Positions 19,424-28,456 of a DNA stretch of 64,000 bases are shown piece after piece. Position 1 is the first letter of the stretch; each line of letters begins with the position of its first letter. The notes under the pieces were generated by a model. That model was not told the origin of the DNA. It was given only the letters and a program-made list of their open reading frames with translations, and made no database searches. Both the position numbers and the translations under genes were made by a program. Source of the DNA: Candidatus Borkfalkia excrementipullorum (GTDB lineage: Bacteria > Bacillota > Clostridia > Christensenellales > Borkfalkiaceae); NCBI GenBank assembly GCA_019115565.1, contig DXDH01000071.1:27375-91374 (forward strand), read 5' to 3'.

Positions 19424-20350
19424 TTATAAAAGCGAAGTGCGCTCGTCCAAACCGAGCATTATATTCATGCACTGTACGGCGGCGCCCGATGCGCCCTTGC
19501 CGAGGTTGTCGAATACGGATGCGAGCAAAATGCGCTCGTCATTTCCGCCGACATAAATTTTCATTCCGTTCGTTCCCGCAAGTTCGTTTGCAGGGAGATA
19601 GGCCGGCATTTCGTCCGCAATTTTTATAAAATTACCTGTCGCATAGTACTCTGCAAAATACGATTTTATATCATTTACAGACATTTTTTTATTTAAAAGC
19701 CTGCCGCAAATCGGAACAGTGACGCACATGCCGCTGTAATAGTCGGACACAATGGGATTGAATACGGGCTCGAATTGCAGCCCGCAGACGGCCTTCATTT
19801 CCGGGAGATGCTTGTGCATCTGCGCCGTGCCGTATTGGCGAGGGCTGTCCAGGAGCGGCGAGCGCCCCTCCGCTTCGTATTCGGCAATCATCTTCTTTCC
19901 TCCGCCGCTGTACCCCGTAACCGAATGGCACACGAACGGATACTCCGGCGAAAGAATTTTGCCGGCAACAAGAGGATACACCAGCGAGATGAAACCGCTC
20001 GCGTGGCACCCGGGCACGGCGACGCGGCGGGAAGCCGCAATCTTCTTCCGATGCTCCGCCGACAGTTCGGGGAATCCGTACGCCCACGCTTTATCCGTGC
20101 GGTGCGCCGTCGATGCATCGATGATTTTTACCCTTTCATTCTCACAGAGGGAAACCGATTCCCGCGCCGCCGCATCGGGCAGGCACAGAAAGACGATGTC
20201 CGCCGCATTGATTTTCTCTCTCCGCGCGTCGACGTCTTTGCGCAATTCCTCCGGGAGCACGCTGAAGCGTACATCCTCCCGCTTTCCGAGCCTGTCGAAT
20301 ATCTGAAGCCCTGTCGTACCCTCTTTTCCGTCGATAAATACGTTTACCAT
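19424..20350 (-). CDS. argC: N-acetyl-gamma-glutamyl-phosphate reductase (short, type 2)
   Basis: VFIDGKEGTTGL, DASTAHR, PGC catalytic Cys, DNLGKGASGAAVQ. Confidence 0.95.
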   Translation of the reverse strand: MVNVFIDGKEGTTGLQIFDRLGKREDVRFSVLPEELRKDVDARREKINAADIVFLCLPDAAARESVSLCENERVKIIDASTAHRTDKAWAYGFPELSAEHRKKIAASRRVAVPGCHASGFISLVYPLVAGKILSPEYPFVCHSVTGYSGGGKKMIAEYEAEGRSPLLDSPRQYGTAQMHKHLPEMKAVCGLQFEPVFNPIVSDYYSGMCVTVPICGRLLNKKMSVNDIKSYFAEYYATGNFIKIADEMPAYLPANELAGTNGMKIYVGGNDERILLASVFDNLGKGASGAAVQCMNIMLGLDERTSLL

Positions 20351-20367
20351 AATCCCATTATACAGAC

Positions 20368-20398
20368 GGTTTGCGGCACTCATTTTGCGCCGCAAACC
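20368..20398. other. Intergenic hairpin between argG and argC
   Basis: GGTTTGCGGC-N11-GCCGCAAACC perfect 10-bp stem with no adjacent U-tract. Confidence 0.6.
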
Positions 20399-20416
20399 AC
20401 CCTATCGTTTCAATAT

Positions 20417-21640
20417 TTATTTCAGCTTTTTGTTCTGAAGCATCGCGCGCACTTTGATGGGCAAGCCGTACAGATTGATAAATCCTTCCGCATCGTGCTG
20501 GTTATACACGTCCTCTTCGCCGAACGTAGCTATCTCCTCGCTGTACAGGGAATGTTCGCTCTTCATTCCGGCAAGAATGATATTGCCCTTGTAAACCTTC
20601 AGTTTCACCTCTCCCGTCACATTCTCCTGCGTTTTATCGACGAATGCGGAGAGCGCTTCGCGCAGAGGCGTAAACCACTGGCCGTTGTATACAAGCTCGG
20701 CAAATTTAATGCCGATGTGCTGTTTGAAATGCTGTGTATCCTTATCCAAGCAGAGCATCTCGAGGTATTCGTGCGCCGCATAGAGAATACTGCCGCCCGG
20801 CGTTTCATACACGCCGCGGCTCTTCATGCCGACGAGCCTGTTTTCAACCATGTCGACCAAACCGACGCCGTTTTCTCCGCCGATTTTGTTGAGCTGCTCG
20901 ATGAGCTCGACAGCGCCGACTTTTTTGCCGTTGAGCGCCACGGGGATACCCTTTTCAAATTGGAGCGTCAGATAGGTGGGCTTATCGGGAGCTTTTTCGG
21001 GGGACACGCCGAGCTCGAGAATCTTATCGTACTGCGGCTCGTTGGCGGGGTCTTCCAAATCCAGCCCCTCATGCGACAAATGCCACAAGTTTTTGTCCTT
21101 TGAATAGTTCGTCTCGCGCGTAATCTTCAAGGGAATATTGTGCGCTTCCGCATAGTCAATCTCCTCGTCGCGGCTCTTGATATTCCAAATCCGCCACGGG
21201 GCGATAATCGTCATTTCCGGCGCGAACGCTTTTATCGTCAATTCAAAACGAACCTGGTCATTCCCCTTGCCCGTGCAGCCGTGGCAGATAGCGTCCGCTC
21301 CTTCCTTTTTCGCAATCTCGACGATGCGCTTTGCGATAATCGGGCGCGCAAACGAAGTACCGAGCAAATACTTGTTTTCATATACAGCGCCCGCCTTCAT
21401 CGTCGGATAAATGTAATCCTCGATAAATTCTTTGCGAAGGTCTTCGATATACAGTTTGGAAGCGCCGGTCTTTAAGGCCTTTTCTTCCAAGCCCTCCAAT
21501 TCACTCTCCTGCCCGACGTCGGCAGAAACGGCGATTACCTCGCAGTTATTGTAATTTTCCTTCAGCCAGGGGATAATAATCGACGTATCCAACCCGCCCG
21601 AATAAGCCAAAACAACCTTTTTGATTTCCTTCTTTTCCAT
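20417..21640 (-). CDS. argG: Argininosuccinate synthase
   Basis: [40 protein letters not shown]. Confidence 0.98.
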   Translation of the reverse strand: MEKKEIKKVVLAYSGGLDTSIIIPWLKENYNNCEVIAVSADVGQESELEGLEEKALKTGASKLYIEDLRKEFIEDYIYPTMKAGAVYENKYLLGTSFARPIIAKRIVEIAKKEGADAICHGCTGKGNDQVRFELTIKAFAPEMTIIAPWRIWNIKSRDEEIDYAEAHNIPLKITRETNYSKDKNLWHLSHEGLDLEDPANEPQYDKILELGVSPEKAPDKPTYLTLQFEKGIPVALNGKKVGAVELIEQLNKIGGENGVGLVDMVENRLVGMKSRGVYETPGGSILYAAHEYLEMLCLDKDTQHFKQHIGIKFAELVYNGQWFTPLREALSAFVDKTQENVTGEVKLKVYKGNIILAGMKSEHSLYSEEIATFGEEDVYNQHDAEGFINLYGLPIKVRAMLQNKKLK

Positions 21641-21672
21641 AGCTGTTTGCTTCCTTTGCTTTACTGTGTTAG

Positions 21673-21701
21673 ATTATACATGGATTCACCGCACAAGTCA
21701 A
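21673..21701 (-). promoter_or_regulatory. sigma-A promoter of the arg operon
   Basis: Minus strand TTGACT-17 bp-TATAAT, 32 bp upstream of the argG ATG. Confidence 0.8.
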
Positions 21702-21728
21702 GCGTTTCAAGCACATATTTTAAAAAAT

Positions 21729-21806
21729 ATGCAAATAAATTCATTCATTATTGCATAAAATTTATAAATATGCGCTTTTATGCAAGATTTTTTGCATAAA
21801 CATGTC
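21729..21806. promoter_or_regulatory. Cluster of ArgR/AhrC (ARG box) operator-like sites
   Basis: TGCAAATAAATTCA (21730-43), TGCGCTTTTATGCA (21771-84) and TGCATAAACATGTC (21793-806) resemble TGMATWWWWATKCA; upstream of argG. Confidence 0.65.
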
Positions 21807-22460
21807 TTACAGGGATTTCCTATACATTTGCGTCAAAAAGGAATACTCCCGCAAATTTTTCCGCAAGGTACGGTACGCGGGGCAATACAGCCCGACAATT
21901 TTCCAAAAGGCGGCGGAGTGGTTGAGTTCCCGCAGATGACACAATTCGTGAACGAGCACATAATCGCGCAATTCGGGCGGCAGCATGGTGAGCCGCCAAT
22001 TGAGCTTTATGCGCCCGTCCGCGTCACAGCTCCCCCATCGTGCCTTAAAATCGCAGAGCGACAAATCGCTCGGGGAGACACCCATGCTGCGCGCAAAGGA
22101 ATGCAGACATTCCGACAGGAGCCACCCGCGCGTCTTTTCGAAATAGGCGCGCACCGCATGTTGATTTTTTAAATAGAACCCGCCGTCGGTTTCCCCGTTC
22201 TTCGCCGCACCGTAAGCAACCGGCTTCTCCACCCCCGCATCCAGCAGGCTGACGCCGCTTCGCACGCAGGCAAAGCGCTCCGCAACGGTCTTCTGTTCGG
22301 CCAGCTTCGCCTCGAGCCACCGCCTTTTTTCGGAGATGAATTTTAATATTGACTCTTCCGGCATGCCGTACGGCGCTTTGACGACTACCTTTCCGCCGCT
22401 CACGGTCAAAGTAAGCGTTCGCCGCCGCGAGCGCATGAGCGTATACTCGATATTATTCAA
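21807..22460 (-). CDS. YgjP/M48-like (DUF45) zinc metalloprotein
   Basis: RSRRRTL, KARWGSC, YVLVHELCHLRELNHSAAFW (HEXXH). Confidence 0.88.
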   Translation of the reverse strand: MNNIEYTLMRSRRRTLTLTVSGGKVVVKAPYGMPEESILKFISEKRRWLEAKLAEQKTVAERFACVRSGVSLLDAGVEKPVAYGAAKNGETDGGFYLKNQHAVRAYFEKTRGWLLSECLHSFARSMGVSPSDLSLCDFKARWGSCDADGRIKLNWRLTMLPPELRDYVLVHELCHLRELNHSAAFWKIVGLYCPAYRTLRKNLREYSFLTQMYRKSL

Positions 22461-23193
22461 ACCACACCCTCGCCGCGATTACCTGCTCTCCGCCGTTTTT
22501 GATTCCCTCGATAGTAAATACGCCGTTTTCCCGTTCCTCCCGATAGAAATCCAACACATCGTTTTCATGCGATTGCTTTACATAATGAATCTGGAAAGCT
22601 TTCAAGCGGCGCGCCTTCAGCTCCGCGACCGAAAAGCAGTTGAAGATATAATCGGCATATTTAATATTGTTGACGTGGTTGTTCAAATCGTATTCCGAAT
22701 TTGCTATTTTTATGGAAAAGGCGGGATGCGTCTTTTCCTGCACGCCGTCGATGCGCCACTCGCCGCACTCGGCCGCCCTTTCATCGATAAAATCGATTTC
22801 AGGCTGTGCTATTTTCGAGCAGGGAACAATGCGGCCGTTTTTTGCGTCGAGGATGCACCAACGGGAAAAGACGCGCAAAAGCAATTCACCCGAAGCGCCG
22901 CGCACCGTAAAACTCCGCTCGTAAATCGCCTTATTCGGCACATGCGGCCAAGTCGCAACGGTGATTTCGTCGCGGAAGGCGGGAAGAGACTCGACTTCCG
23001 CATATATTTTCGAGAGAACCCAAAAATGCCCCTCCCGCGCCAGCTTTGCAAACCCCAGCCCCATTTCCTCGGAATGGTCTCCCGCCGTTTCCTGAAAATA
23101 CCCCAACACAGCGGAAGGTTTCAGCTTCTGCGCAAAATCCGTCTCATAATTGCGAATCGTAAATTTCCGTTCCAGTTTATTGCTCGCTTTCAT
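22453..23193 (-). CDS. Acyl-ACP thioesterase
   Basis: Double hot-dog features: YETD, WVLSKI, DLNNHVNNIKY catalytic motif. Confidence 0.88.
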   Translation of the reverse strand: MKASNKLERKFTIRNYETDFAQKLKPSAVLGYFQETAGDHSEEMGLGFAKLAREGHFWVLSKIYAEVESLPAFRDEITVATWPHVPNKAIYERSFTVRGASGELLLRVFSRWCILDAKNGRIVPCSKIAQPEIDFIDERAAECGEWRIDGVQEKTHPAFSIKIANSEYDLNNHVNNIKYADYIFNCFSVAELKARRLKAFQIHYVKQSHENDVLDFYREERENGVFTIEGIKNGGEQVIAARVWFE

Positions 23194-23349
23194 CGTATCA
23201 GAACCTCGCTTATATGAGTCTATTTTACAACAGAAGGGCGCCGTTTGTCCAACATTTCAGCAAATTTTATTTTTTGGATTTTCCTCCGCATTATACCAGA
23301 CATAATACCTTGTAAAAATATGTATTTTTCAATATATCTTCTCCAAATG

Positions 23350-23378
23350 TTGACAAATTTCGACAAAGATAGTATAAT
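23350..23378 (+). promoter_or_regulatory. Consensus sigma-A promoter with overlapping tandem Spo0A-like boxes
   Basis: TTGACA-17 bp-TATAAT; reverse strand reads TGTCGAA-att-TGTCAAC across the spacer and -35; AGGAGG RBS at about 23390. Confidence 0.75.
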
Positions 23379-23401
23379 ATTTTCAAACAAGGAGGTCTGC
23401 C

Positions 23402-25327
23402 ATGAATCCAGACAGTACCAATGAAAACGAAAAAGATACTTCCGGAAACACGTCCTCAATCAGCAGCGACCTGATTCGCGGCCATATCAATACAATTATT
23501 CTGCGCACGCTCTATGACGGCGACAAGTATGGCTACGAAATTATCAACGAAATCGAAGAGAAAAGCAAGGGGCAGTACACATTAAAGCAGCCCACCCTTT
23601 ACAGCGCCCTGAAGCGTCTGGAAAGCCAGGACTTTTTAACTTCGTACTGGGGCGGCGTGAGCAACGGCGGCAGGAGAAAGTACTTTCAGATTACCGATAA
23701 GGGCAGGAAAGTCGTCGAACAAAATTTGGCTGAATGGGAATATTCGCGCACCGTCATCGACAGCCTGATTTCCGAGCGGGATTACGACTTCAGCAATCCC
23801 CCGCCCTCCTCTTCCGTCGATTTCAATATCCTGAAAAAATCGACTACGCGCGTTCCCGTCGGCAAGGGCGACGAGGAAGATTTTATCGACTTGGGCGAGG
23901 GTGAATTGGACGCGGAGGAAACAGAACCGGGCAAAGCAGAAACAGCCGTTTCGGACGCCCGTGAAGAAGCCGCGCAAGCCCCCACCGCGCCGGCAGACGC
24001 CGGAACGGAAGAGCCCGCCGCAATCGAGCAGCAGGAAGCTGCGCAAGCCCCTTCCCCGCAAGAGGCTCCCGCCGAAAGTTTGGTGCAGGAACCTGCCGAG
24101 CAGGAGCCCCCCGTCCAGCCTTCCTACGCGGCCGCAGCAGAGACGGCGGATAGCATCTCGCAGCAGCCGTACGCCGAAACCGCTCCGCAGGAAACGGCAG
24201 CCGGCCGGGCCATTCCGGAATCGCCGATTGCCCCGAAAGAGGAACCGCCCCTGTCGGAGGAAGAGAAACAGCGTATTCACGAGAATTATAAAGTGTTGAT
24301 AGGCGACGACAACGACGCGACATCGTACTATTATACGCACGTTGCCCAGCGAAACCGCGAAGACAGAAACACCTTTGACAGTACTGTATTCGGCAACGCC
24401 CCGCGCGAAGAATATCCTCCGCAGCAACCGCCCATGCAGGAACCGGCCTACGAGCAGCCGCCGCAGGATTTATATCCGCCGCAACCGGAGTATTATTATG
24501 CTCCCGCCGAACAGTACGGCGGACAGCAAATGCCGCAGGCGGCCGAGCAGCCGGCGCCTCCCCCCGCGGAAAATGAGGCGGCAGATTTGCTCTATGCAAA
24601 CCGCTCGCCGGCGGAGCGCAACTACAAGTCGCTCCTGTCCCGCCTGTACGACAACACCATCAAGACGCACGAGGACGAGGAGCAATACCCCGAACCGGCG
24701 GAAGATGCAGCCGAATATACGGAAGCAGAAACGGTACAGCCCGCCCCCGCGGCACCCGCCGAGCAACCTACGGCGAATTCCGCCCCTGCCCGCGTTCACG
24801 CTGGGAAGACGGCGAGCAATATAGAATTTTACGACGTCGAGGAAAAGGCGGAAAACGAAGGGCTTCGCATTACGACCACGAACGGTTCGCGCAACAGAAC
24901 GGTTTCGAAGACGGTAAACAACACTTTCGACAAGGGCAAAGCGCTCTTTATCACGGCGGTCTACGTATTTATCATTGCGCTCGCAGAATCCATCATCAAT
25001 ATCTGCCTGAAAGACGTGATGCAGTCGCATACCGCATATGTCGTAATTCCGTTTGTAATCGATTTCGTAATGCTGGGAGTATTTCTCTTCCTGTACCTGC
25101 GCGGTTACGGAAAGAACAGCCGCAAGTCGCAATCGAAATCGTACATTTCGGCGAGCCTCATTATCTTTGTAAACCTCGTTTTAATCACTTGCCTGATTGC
25201 ATATCTCATTTCTGCGGCAACAGATACCCCGCTCAACTTTATGATTTATGCGATTTTCCCCTGCATTTATCTGTTCAACGTACCGCTCTTTGCAATCTTA
25301 TACAACTATAACAGCAATAAATATTAA
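23402..25327 (+). CDS. PadR-family winged-helix protein with a long acidic Pro/Gln/Ala-rich linker and 4 C-terminal TM helices
   Basis: SSDLIRGHINTIIL...YGYEI...QPTLYSALKRLE...GGRRKYFQIT (PadR); low-complexity middle; four hydrophobic segments in the last ~125 aa. Confidence 0.85.
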   Translation: MNPDSTNENEKDTSGNTSSISSDLIRGHINTIILRTLYDGDKYGYEIINEIEEKSKGQYTLKQPTLYSALKRLESQDFLTSYWGGVSNGGRRKYFQITDKGRKVVEQNLAEWEYSRTVIDSLISERDYDFSNPPPSSSVDFNILKKSTTRVPVGKGDEEDFIDLGEGELDAEETEPGKAETAVSDAREEAAQAPTAPADAGTEEPAAIEQQEAAQAPSPQEAPAESLVQEPAEQEPPVQPSYAAAAETADSISQQPYAETAPQETAAGRAIPESPIAPKEEPPLSEEEKQRIHENYKVLIGDDNDATSYYYTHVAQRNREDRNTFDSTVFGNAPREEYPPQQPPMQEPAYEQPPQDLYPPQPEYYYAPAEQYGGQQMPQAAEQPAPPPAENEAADLLYANRSPAERNYKSLLSRLYDNTIKTHEDEEQYPEPAEDAAEYTEAETVQPAPAAPAEQPTANSAPARVHAGKTASNIEFYDVEEKAENEGLRITTTNGSRNRTVSKTVNNTFDKGKALFITAVYVFIIALAESIINICLKDVMQSHTAYVVIPFVIDFVMLGVFLFLYLRGYGKNSRKSQSKSYISASLIIFVNLVLITCLIAYLISAATDTPLNFMIYAIFPCIYLFNVPLFAILYNYNSNKY

Positions 25328-25331
25328 AGAG

Positions 25332-25364
25332 AAAGCGCCTCAACCCGAAAATTGAGGCGCTTTT
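25332..25364. terminator. Bidirectional rho-independent terminator
   Basis: AAAGCGCCTCAA-N8-TTGAGGCGCTTT between convergent genes. Confidence 0.82.
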
Positions 25365-25383
25365 GCTATTTCTTTAATCAATT

Positions 25384-25932
25384 TTAAGACGGATTCTTGC
25401 TCGGCTTTTTCTTATATGCGAGCAATCGGAACAGATACGGAAAAATTTTTGCGTCGGAAGTATCGAACATCAAATTTTTCCGCCCGCGCTCGGCAACCGC
25501 CATGTCGTAAGTCCATTGAATCGCTCCGCGCGGAAAGGAATCCCTTTCCCGTTCAAACCGCGCGCACTCCTCTTCTCCGAAAGAAATAATCAGGTTAAAT
25601 GTATCCAGGCACAGCCCGAAGCGGCATAAAACTTCGCCGCCCTTTTTTACCGAATAATAGAGCTCCCACAGGGCGTCCCCGCGCGTCCATCGGCAGTCGA
25701 GCTCTCCGTACCGGGCGCGAATTTCGTCGAGCAAGGCAAAGAGCGCGCAAAATTTCTCCTCTTTGAGCATCTGCAGAGCAAGCTCTCTGCCCTCCTCGTC
25801 CGTCTGCAGCAGATATCGCGTGCGGGGAAGAAGCACACGGCGCAGGAGTTCGCGCTCTTCATCGTTTAACTTTGCCCGGTCAAATTTCAATAAAATTTTT
25901 TGCCCTTCCGTATATCTTCTTTCGTTTCGCAT
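25384..25932 (-). CDS. DUF3788-like protein
   Basis: W..G..W.L.YS.KKGG..LC and FG.EE..RFE..R..F patterns recalled for DUF3788; ends YKKKP. Confidence 0.6.
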   Translation of the reverse strand: MRNERRYTEGQKILLKFDRAKLNDEERELLRRVLLPRTRYLLQTDEEGRELALQMLKEEKFCALFALLDEIRARYGELDCRWTRGDALWELYYSVKKGGEVLCRFGLCLDTFNLIISFGEEECARFERERDSFPRGAIQWTYDMAVAERGRKNLMFDTSDAKIFPYLFRLLAYKKKPSKNPS

Positions 25933-25951
25933 TGACGCAACAACCCGTATA

Positions 25952-26725
25952 TCAATCTAATTCCGAAACTCTTTTTTCAAAAGCGGCAATTCCTTCGGCG
26001 CCGGAAGCCGCTTTTTGCAACAGCATCATATACTCTATATTTTTATTTTCACGGATGGGAGCGGGCGTAACATTCCGCGGAATTAAGCCGCACCGCGCGG
26101 CCGCCGCGGCAAGTTCGTTTACTATGTCCAGTCTCTTTTTTCTGTCTTTGACGATGCCGTGTTTATTCAGCCCTATCCCTCCGCATTCAAATTGCGGCTT
26201 TACCAATACATATGCAGCGCCGCCCTCCTCGAGCAGCCCCGCAATGACGGGAAAAATCAGCTTCAGAGAAATAAAACTTAAATCCGCGGTGACGACGTCG
26301 ATTCGCTCGGCGCCGATATCCTCCCTGCGGAGATAGCGCACGTTCGTTTCATCCAGCACCCGCACGCGGGAATCGCCGCGCACCGCTTCGTCGAGCTGTC
26401 CTTTGCCGACATCCACGGCATAGACAACCGCGGCCCCCGCTTGCAGCAAACAATCGGTAAACCCGCCCGTACTCGCGCCCAAATCGACGCAGGTACAGCC
26501 GCAGACATCCCGCGCGAAATCATCCAGCGCCTTCCGCAATTTATATCCGCCCTCCGAAACGAAGGAGAGCGGTTTTTCCCGTATCTCGATTGAATCGCCG
26601 TCCGTAACCTCGTCGGACGGTTTGCCCGCCCGTCCGTTCACAAAGACGCGCCCCTCCGCTACCGCGCGTGCGGCCTTTGTGCGCGACGAAAAACCGTGTT
26701 CGGACAAATATTTATCCAACCGCAT
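25952..26725 (-). CDS. tlyA: TlyA-family rRNA 2'-O-methyltransferase (S4 plus FtsJ domains)
   Basis: MRLDKYL..SRTKA, FVSEGGYKL, DLGASTGGFTD, DLSFISL, LVKPQFE. Confidence 0.93.
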   Translation of the reverse strand: MRLDKYLSEHGFSSRTKAARAVAEGRVFVNGRAGKPSDEVTDGDSIEIREKPLSFVSEGGYKLRKALDDFARDVCGCTCVDLGASTGGFTDCLLQAGAAVVYAVDVGKGQLDEAVRGDSRVRVLDETNVRYLRREDIGAERIDVVTADLSFISLKLIFPVIAGLLEEGGAAYVLVKPQFECGGIGLNKHGIVKDRKKRLDIVNELAAAAARCGLIPRNVTPAPIRENKNIEYMMLLQKAASGAEGIAAFEKRVSELD

Positions 26726-27609
26726 TAAGATTCCCTGCTCCGAACATATTCGGTTAAATCCGCCAAAAAGGAACAGTCGTACGGCAATTCATCCAAAATA
26801 CGCATGCAGATATCCCGATGCTGGTCTGCCATTTCGCCGCACTTTTCCAAACCGTAAATCCGAACGGAAGAAAGTTTCTCCTCGGCGGCGTCCTTTCCTA
26901 TCGTCTTGCCGACTTTTTCAAAATCCCCGGTGACGTCCAAAATATCGTCTGTAATTTGAAACAGAAACCCGAAATGTTTGCCGAACTCGGCAAACAGCGC
27001 AACTATATTTTCGTCGGCACCGTAGACCAAGGCGGGAACGGTGACGGCGGAAACAATCATCTTCGCCGTCTTGTTGAGAATGATGAACTCCTCTTCCGCG
27101 GCACCCGCCTCCTTTCCCTCGAAAAACAAATCGGCGGCCTGCCCCGCAATCATGCCGTGCATTCCGGCATTCTTACAGATTTCCGCCGCCGCATTCAGAT
27201 ACGTTTTTCCGTTGCGGCACTCCTCAAAGCACACGGAGAACGCCTCATTGAGCAGAGCGTCCCCCGCCAAAATTGCCTGGCCTTCCCCGAATACCTTGTG
27301 GTTTGACGGCTTACCGCGGCGGTAATCGTCGTTGTCCATCGCCGGAAGGTCGTCGTGAATGAGGGAATAGGTATGAATCATTTCCAGGGCGAGGGCAAAC
27401 CGGGCGACGTCGCTCGTCTTGCCGCCCAAAGCGCGCGCGCATGCAAACATCAACACGGGGCGCACCCTCTTCCCGCCGAGCGCAAGCGAATAGCGTACGC
27501 TTTCGCTTAAAACCTGCGGGCGCACCTGCATTCCCTCGAGATATTCCCCGAGCGCCTTTTCAAATTCGGCGCGATATTCTTCCCACTTTTGTTTAAAATT
27601 CGAATCCAC
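26725..27609 (-). CDS. ispA: Farnesyl/geranylgeranyl diphosphate synthase
   Basis: GGKRVRP, HTYSLIHDDLPAMDNDDYRRG (FARM), FQITDDILD (SARM). Confidence 0.93.
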   Translation of the reverse strand: MDSNFKQKWEEYRAEFEKALGEYLEGMQVRPQVLSESVRYSLALGGKRVRPVLMFACARALGGKTSDVARFALALEMIHTYSLIHDDLPAMDNDDYRRGKPSNHKVFGEGQAILAGDALLNEAFSVCFEECRNGKTYLNAAAEICKNAGMHGMIAGQAADLFFEGKEAGAAEEEFIILNKTAKMIVSAVTVPALVYGADENIVALFAEFGKHFGFLFQITDDILDVTGDFEKVGKTIGKDAAEEKLSSVRIYGLEKCGEMADQHRDICMRILDELPYDCSFLADLTEYVRSRES

Positions 27610-27610
27610 T

Positions 27611-28456
27611 TCAACTCCTGGAAGCCGTCAAAACGGTATTATACAACAGCATGGTGATGGTCATCGGCCCGACGCCGCCCGGAACGGGGGTGATATACGA
27701 CGCCTTGTCCTTGACTCCTTCAAAATCGACGTCTCCGCACAGCTTACCGTTTTCATCCCTGTCCATGCCGACGTCAATCACCACGGCGCCCTCTTTGACC
27801 ATGTCCGCCGTCACAAACTTTGCGCGCCCGATAGCGACCACGAGGATATCCGCCCCGGCGCACACTTCCTTCAGATTTTCTGTCTTGCTGTGGCAGACGG
27901 TGACGGTCGCATCCGCATTCAACAGCAGCATCGCCATCGGTTTGCCGACGATATTCGAGCGGCCGAGCATGACCGCGTTTTTCCCTTTCGGATTGATGCC
28001 GTACTCCTCCAGCATCTTCATGACTCCGAACGGCGTGCATGCGACAATCGTCTCGCGGTTCATCGCAAGATTGCCGACATTTTCCGCACAGAAGCCGTCG
28101 ACGTCCTTTTTCGGAGGGATACGGCGGAGAACCGCGCGCTCGTCGATATGTTTGGGCAGGGGCAGCTGCACAAGGATTCCGTGTACATTGTCCGCCGCGG
28201 CAAGTTCATCCACCAGCCCGCACACCTGCTGCTGCGTCGCATCCGCAGGCAGATGATAGGAGAAAGATTTGACGCCGACCTCTTCGCACGCCTTGATTTT
28301 ATTGCGCACATAGACTTGCGAAGCGGAATCTTCCCCCACAAGTACGACCGCGAGGCCGATTTCTTTCCCGCGCTCCGCCTGAAATGCCGCAACGCGGGTT
28401 TTAATCTCCGCGCGCATTTTTGCAGCCAATGCCTTACCGTCGATAATCGTACTCAT
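27611..28456 (-). CDS. folD: Methylene-THF dehydrogenase/cyclohydrolase
   Basis: IIDGK, YVRNK, VQLPLP, KDVDG, GRSNIVGKP, TPVPGGVGPMT. Confidence 0.97.
   Translation of the reverse strand: MSTIIDGKALAAKMRAEIKTRVAAFQAERGKEIGLAVVLVGEDSASQVYVRNKIKACEEVGVKSFSYHLPADATQQQVCGLVDELAAADNVHGILVQLPLPKHIDERAVLRRIPPKKDVDGFCAENVGNLAMNRETIVACTPFGVMKMLEEYGINPKGKNAVMLGRSNIVGKPMAMLLLNADATVTVCHSKTENLKEVCAGADILVVAIGRAKFVTADMVKEGAVVIDVGMDRDENGKLCGDVDFEGVKDKASYITPVPGGVGPMTITMLLYNTVLTASRS

Noticed and set aside
19775-21103. 442-aa plus-strand ORF spanning argC and argG
   Set aside because: Antisense to two well-supported genes; no domain features
23900-24800. Repetitive-looking GCAGC/CCG-rich DNA
   Set aside because: Reflects the Pro/Gln/Ala low-complexity linker; no fixed-period tandem repeat or CRISPR-like repeat-spacer structure
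25952-26725. TlyA as a haemolysin or virulence factor
   Set aside because: Housekeeping position after ispA and intact methyltransferase motifs indicate the ordinary rRNA methyltransferase
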